From assembly GCA_050575255.1 (NCBI GenBank), contig JBNZDD010013687.1, positions 847,024 through 911,023 on the forward strand: 64,000 nt of DNA, given 5' to 3'. The notes below the pieces were generated by a model that saw only the letters and a program-made list of their open reading frames with translations, had not been told where the DNA came from and did no database searches. Of the stretch, positions 53,501 through 59,500 are shown in pieces. This stretch comes from Harriotta raleighana. Lineage: Eukaryota. Position 1 is the first letter of the stretch; each line of letters opens with the position of its first letter. The translations under genes were made by a program, and so were the position numbers.

Positions 53501-56500
53501 ATGTCTGCATGAAGGAGGCATCCACTTGTATGTTGCCATTGGAGATGGACAGATGCTGAAAACACATTACAGTCAACTGAGCAGATCCCAACACACAGAA
53601 AATGCTGCATCAATCAGTTTGTCAAAGCAGTCAGGTAGCTCACAAAGTCGAGTGAATTATTGTCAGCTAGCACATTTAATGAGGATTAGAGTTTAGATAT
53701 CAACCATGTTTTTGTTTATAGACTTAGAAATTCATATCTTTAGCAAACAAATATTATTCAAATGATTTACAGCTGAAACAAATGTGTCTAAAATATGCGA
53801 TTGTGGATTTGTATTGTGATATAGATTTACTCACCAGATACCGTTCTGATGAAACACTAACTAGAATTAGGTCGTCACCAATCCGTACTTTCTCCCCTTC
53901 AGATCTCCGTTTCGAAGCGGGGTGAATCGTCCACCAGCATGCTTCCCCTGAACAGAAAGTCAAAATAAAATATACTTTAGACGTTTGCTTTGTCACTGTT
54001 ATGAAACTCAAGCACAAAAAATACCCCATACCCCCATCACAAAACAACTATTGTTAGTAATCCACTAAATTCCCATCCACCAATATATTCCAAGTCAGAA
54101 CTATATCATCTGTCTACAGTGTAATGCATAGAATTAAAATTCGAAGGGCAATCTCCACTCTCCTAATTTCAGTTGATAATTATTATTTTTGTTCTCTTCT
54201 GTCCTGAAGAGTTGCCTACCTTGCCAAGATGATCATTTTTCAGTCTTAATCCGATAGGTATTTTATGATTTCAGAGGAGAAACAGCCAGGGTTTGTGACC
54301 TTCATTGTTGGATAATGATCCCAGCTGCAGTCAACTAATATTGAACTGACTGTTTTCTTGAGTTGATCTGTTTTATTCCAGTCGTTTTCGGTACACGAAC
54401 ATTTTTTTCAAACAATGAGCGAGGTTAGACTTGCTCATCCCCATTAACAAGATTAGACAAAAACGTTCCACTTTGGGAGTGAGGGTTGTCCCCACAGACA
54501 AAACCCCAATACCTCTAAACTCTCTAAATATCCCTAAACGCTTCTGGCCCCCACATTGTCAAAGAACATTGAAGAGTGGTGCAGTAAACAAACTCAACCT
54601 AAAGTAATAATTTTTCTCAAAATGTAAAACTTCCAGTCCAATTAATAACTTTTATTTAAAAAATCATTTTAAGTATCTGATGACTGCTCGGTTAATTACA
54701 GTCCAGCTGTTTTCTAGTTTGGACAGTTACTATTACAGCAACAAATGGAACTCTAACATTTTGAGTAGCTTCATAACTTTACGTTTAGTGTTTGTTAATG
54801 CCCTACTGCCCTATTCTACATGTGGTGGAAACTTATAAAATATGTTGAGCCACACTTCTCTCGATCTACAGTCAGTGATCGATTTTATTCTAATTTGATT
54901 TACCTAAGATATTAAATATGGATATTTACAACATTGTGGAAACTGGTATGGAAACAGAATACTTTTATATTATATCACAAACTCAGACTATAAGATCAGC
55001 TCACTGATTTTACCTGTTGAATCGTCTTGCAGCCCAACATCAAAAGCTAGTTTGTCCGTTAAAGACCTTGTTGTTGTCAAACAACTCAGATACTACAAAG
55101 AAGTGGAAATAAAACAATATTTTTGTTACATATACTTAAAATCTCAAGTTAGTTCTCAACACAAAAACAGTTCAATTTTAAATAGATCTTCATTCCCTGC
55201 CCTCCACCCCTCCTGCTCCGAAACCCCTGCTCTGGTATCCACATCCCTAATTGCCCAGCGCCTTGGGAGGTCCTCCCAACATGAAAGGCCCTCTACAAAT
55301 GTAATCTTTACTAATGTAATTGTTGTATTCCCAGCTGTTCTTTTCACTTTAGCAGTTGATTGATACGATTTAGCATTTCCATCTGCAGCACAAAATCTTT
55401 AAATGTTCCAAGATATTGGCTCATGGTCTCCTTCAAACTCCAGAAGTTACTTTATCCTGTAATGTCAGAGGTCAGTGTTGAGAGCAGAGTGATTAATGAT
55501 TGGAACAGGTTCCTAGGCAAGGTGATTGATGTTAGAACTCATTTAAAAAGCAGCTTGGTGCTGTGTTGGGATGAAGGTAAGGTAGGTGTTTTGAAAGGAG
55601 GAGATTAGATGGGCGGAAAAGTCTTCTTCATACAAAGCAATGGGACGTCTTCCCGATGTTAAAGGCGCTATACAAATGCAATTTTGTTGTTATTGTTGTG
55701 ATTTTGTGACAGCGTAGCTGAGTACCAGCTGCACTATGAGCACTCTGTTCTTCCTACATGAAGAACCATTTCTGAGCACAAAATATACTCGCAATACTTT
55801 ATCAAATTCAAAAAGTACATTGGCAGCTGTCTCTATTTGGTGGTTACATGCCTGATGTGTGCTGGCATGTTGAAATCTCGACTACTTGAAGACTGTGTGC
55901 GTACTTGTAGTCATCAATATAGCCTCAGTAAGTTTCACAGCCATTTAAAAATAGTCAGCTGTAACATATGGAGACTGAAACTGTCACGCCATAAATCTCC
56001 TGACCGTACTGTGAAGAGAAGAGTCTAGGCTCTGCAGAGGTTTTAACACATTAGCTAGACTAAGACATTGGGAATTAAAGCAATACATTTCCTAGACAAC
56101 TTTTCCTTTAAACGCTCAGTTTAAATTTGCTGCTATTAAATTGTCTCCTGCGTTCGGCTACACCTTGCAGTATACGGAATTTGAAACATCCTTCCAATGT
56201 TAAAGGCGCCATAACTCATTAAGATATATCTGTTGTTAAGATTTGTGCTTACCATTCCACTGAATGCGTGTCGCAGCAGAATAGCATGGCCATAAAGAAG
56301 TGTTCTGTGGCTACCTCCCTGTGCTGCCTAAAATCAGAAAGAAAATATTATTCTCAAATTATAATAATAATAATCCTTGTATTTGATATAGCGCCTGATC
56401 GCTTCTTCGAGACATCGCAAAGCGCTTCACAGAACATATTGTAAAGTGAATTGACTTTATGGGCGAAACATTAGGAAATAATGTTCTAACCCCTAGAGAT

Positions 56501-59500
56501 TTACCAAGAGAGGAACTACTAAGGCTCGAAATCCCACCAAAGTTTAGCCCTATCAGACCATTCTGTTTTAAGATTTAAGAAGGTTCATATTTATAGAAAA
56601 CTCTTGAATTCAGTATCATTTAGGAAGTTGGATTTCCACAGGTCACATGCTGTTGAAAATAACCAGCTTCTGTATTATGACTGAGTTTTCTTAAAGGATA
56701 AGATTTAGTGGAATTTCATACCTCTGATGTCAAAATTGCTCCTTCACTCTTCGTGTACATTACTTGCAGTGAGAATTAGAGATGAGGGGCAATTGGACAT
56801 CAGTAGCAATAAACTGCTGAAACCAGTAGTGAAGTTACTTGTTAAAAAAAAGTTTTACTTCCACACTTTACTGGATGCAGTTACTGTATTAAGAACTCCA
56901 GGAGCAAAAAACCTCAGTGATGGAAGTAAATGGTTAACATCACAAACGGTTACTGTTCACAGTCATTATGTTCTAACTAATAATCCAGAAAAACAATACC
57001 AGTTTTGCTGATACGGAACTCAACTATAATTGATCTGCCATTTTGTTATACTAAAGGTGATTGAAGTGTATCTTCCTCTTTTGTTGTGGATTTATTACCC
57101 GATCGTCAAGGATGCTGTATTTTTTTTCTACTTAAGACCATTTACCGGAAATGACCAGTTTACCTCTAGCTTCTATTTGCTTCTCTAACATGAACAACAA
57201 TAAACGATCCAATTTTATAAACACAAGAGGTATCAGCATTAAAGGACGATTGATTGGCTTGTCAATCTATAAAGTCTTTTTGGCTGACAGAATGTTAAAA
57301 ACCTTGAGGAATCATTGTTATTTCAATAAATCTTCTCTGTGCAAATTTTAAGAAAAAAACCCACAACTATCTTTGTCTTTACTAAATTGAAAATATGATT
57401 CGCAAATTAAGTTCTGCTGGATTACAGACAGCATAGTTAGCATCTATCAAATAACAGCAGCTATCAAACTACAGTATCATGCTGCACTTTACTTAAAACC
57501 CAGAGAGGCAAGATTGGAGTTGTTTTCTGAAAAACATAATGAGGACTATTCCATTGCTGATGTGCAGACAGGAATATTTCTCTCTCTTTACAGTTGAACA
57601 AGATTTTAAACAAAGAATGGAAATAGCTATCGGACAACTGGTATTGTTTTTGAATGGACTACTGGATGAAAATGACAGCTTGACTTACCTTTATCATAAA
57701 CTTCTAAAAAGCGGGAAAAGATGAAAGTAAATAAAATGAATTAATGTTAGCATGTCATTGTTGCACTTTTCATCAAGTTGGCACTACAAAAAACATCTCA
57801 TTTGAATTTGCTTACACATTTGAGTTAAAGCATGTCTTAATTATGAATTCTTCAAAGAAAAGCAACTCATTTCAAATGTCGTTTACAACAATGACTGCTG
57901 GAGATATCATTTTTGACTCTTAGCCTTCAACGTTTAAGCGAAGTCAAAACACCAATTCCTCGGAGTCAAGACATTTGCTGCATTTTAATACAAGTTACAT
58001 CTCCCTCATCAGCCTTTGGAAGAAAGGTTAAAAGCTCACATTTGTTATCATTGAGTAACGGGGTTGTGGGGTGGCACGTACAAAACATCCGGCAGATCAC
58101 ACCAAAGACATTTTCAATGCCTTGATAACTGTCTTATGAGAACTGCTGGGAACAGTTTCCCAGGATGGGTGTTGACACGGCTTTTAATGTGTTACAATAA
58201 ATAACACTGAGTTCATTTACCCACCACTTTTAACACTGACTGCATCAAAGGGGGCAAAATATTCATGTACAGTATTGGTGATACGTAAGTGATATCCATC
58301 AATAAGAAGCAATACTACTGAAAACAACATAAACCAAATATACTAAATACAGAGTAGCCCTATGATAACAGGCTTCATTTTAGTGTAGAATCATTTATAA
58401 CACAAATGGGTTGTGGACCCCAACTCACTGCAAGGCAGCTCATGTACTGAGTCCAGCTGGTTCCCACTCCCAATATTGCCAAGTTCTAAGTGATTTAAAT
58501 TGCCGTTTCCTATGCATTGCCAGTTGCCTGGACATAATAATAATAATCCTTAAATTTGATATAGTAAAGTGAATTGACTTTATAGTTAGCAGGCGAAAAA
58601 CGGCAGTCAATTGCGCACAGCAGGTTCCCACAAATATTAGTAGATTGAAATGACATCAGAAGCGAACTGATGATCTGGAAACTGTTTTTTTTTTATTAAG
58701 GTGCACATGAAGCAATCCGGCTGATTGTGTGCATGTGCAGTGAAATTGACCATCACAGCCTTNATTGAAATGACATCAGAAGCGAACTGATGATCTGGAA
58801 ACTGTTTTTTTTTATTAAGGTGCACATGAGCAATCCGGCTGATTGTGTGCATGTGCAATGAAATTGACCATCACAGCCTCGCTAAAAGGTACATTGAAAT
58901 TTTATAGATCCAACTACAGCAATGTACTACCTTAAAACAAGGCCCCTTGGTAGCAGTTACATTTGTCAGTTTTTAGAGTAACAAAAATTATCATCTCAAC
59001 TTTTAAGCTTCCATTATCTGATACATAGAACAAAATGCATACAGAACTTATATTCAACAGCATATATAATGTACAGAGCCTTTCATGTATAATGGACGCT
59101 TCAAAGCCTTCACATCAAACGATGGGAAACACCAAGCAGGGAAGAGAAGAATGGGGTATTGGTCAAGGTTAAAGAGGGTTTTTTAAGGAAGGGAGAAGAT
59201 GTACAAGATAAACAGATATTGGGAGAGGGTTCCGGGTTGTAGGGCACAGTGCAAGGAAATGGTAAGATGGAAGGAGTGAGGAACAAGGGCGAGTCCAGAA
59301 TCAGAAGAGATAGTACAGCCAGGAGAATGGGGATAGGGGAGATTATGGAGACAAGGTAATAGTGAGACAAGAGTGTGAATGGATTTAAGATTAAGAGTCT
59401 TAAGTGAATACCAAAAAAAAGATTTTTTCCCCCCAAAACAATAACATAATAAATAATAAACTATATTCAAAACTCGCACAGAAATACGTAATACAAAATG

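Noticed and set aside
58644-58879. Biological tandem repeat or array
   Set aside because: Only two copies joined by a single N, typical of a contig overlap; no spacer structure, so not CRISPR-like.
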